DNA from: Convolutriloba macropyga
Lineage: Eukaryota
Direction of reading: 5' to 3'
Length of the DNA stretch: 64,000 nucleotides
Assembly (NCBI RefSeq): GCF_964194025.1
Contig: NC_134468.1
Coordinates: 12,028,001 to 12,092,000 of the forward strand
Part shown: piece by piece, positions 63,951 to 64,000 of the stretch
Position numbering within the stretch: the first letter of the stretch is position 1
How the letters are laid out: each line of letters starts with the position of its first letter
Program-made: the position numbers and the translations under genes
Notes under the pieces: generated by a model
The model's database searches: none
What the model was told of the DNA's origin: nothing
Seen by the model: the letters and a program-made list of their open reading frames with translations, nothing else

Positions 63951-64000
63951 GAACTGGGGGCTCACCACTGTAAAATAAAGAATTGGGGGCTCACCACTGT
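63951..64000. repeat. Start of a 29-bp tandem repeat, cut by the window edge
   Basis: GAA(C/T)TGGGGGCTCACCACTGT twice with a period of 29. Confidence 0.7.

Overview
AT-rich eukaryotic (invertebrate-like metazoan) genomic DNA; the organism cannot be identified from sequence alone. Two protein-coding genes, both on the minus strand. (1) A nuclear receptor corepressor NCoR/SMRT orthologue: I reconstructed 11 phase-consistent GT-AG exons (46083 to 13602, about 1011 codons) covering the GPS2/TBL1-binding region, the DAD/SANT1 domain and a very long low-complexity linker. Its 5' end is not securely located and its 3' part was not found (probably left of the window). (2) A two-exon mitochondrial Fe-S co-chaperone HSCB/Hsc20 gene (56789 to 55791). 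The rest is intron or intergenic DNA packed with repeats: a decayed L2-clade LINE with an intact 3' stem-loop and (CAT)n tail, weaker LINE relics, and about 30 non-autonomous Helentron-like (HINE/DINE-1-type) elements of at least four families. These families share one end architecture with different sequences, all recognised copies point the same way, they nest into each other at a recurrent site, and some carry a tRNA-derived Pol III head or ~170-bp tandem arrays. Other highlights: the HSCB intron is bracketed by a 14-bp inverted repeat whose precise excision also restores the frame (introner-like), and a two-state foldback sits just downstream of an NCoR exon. All calls were made by eye; repeat boundaries are approximate.
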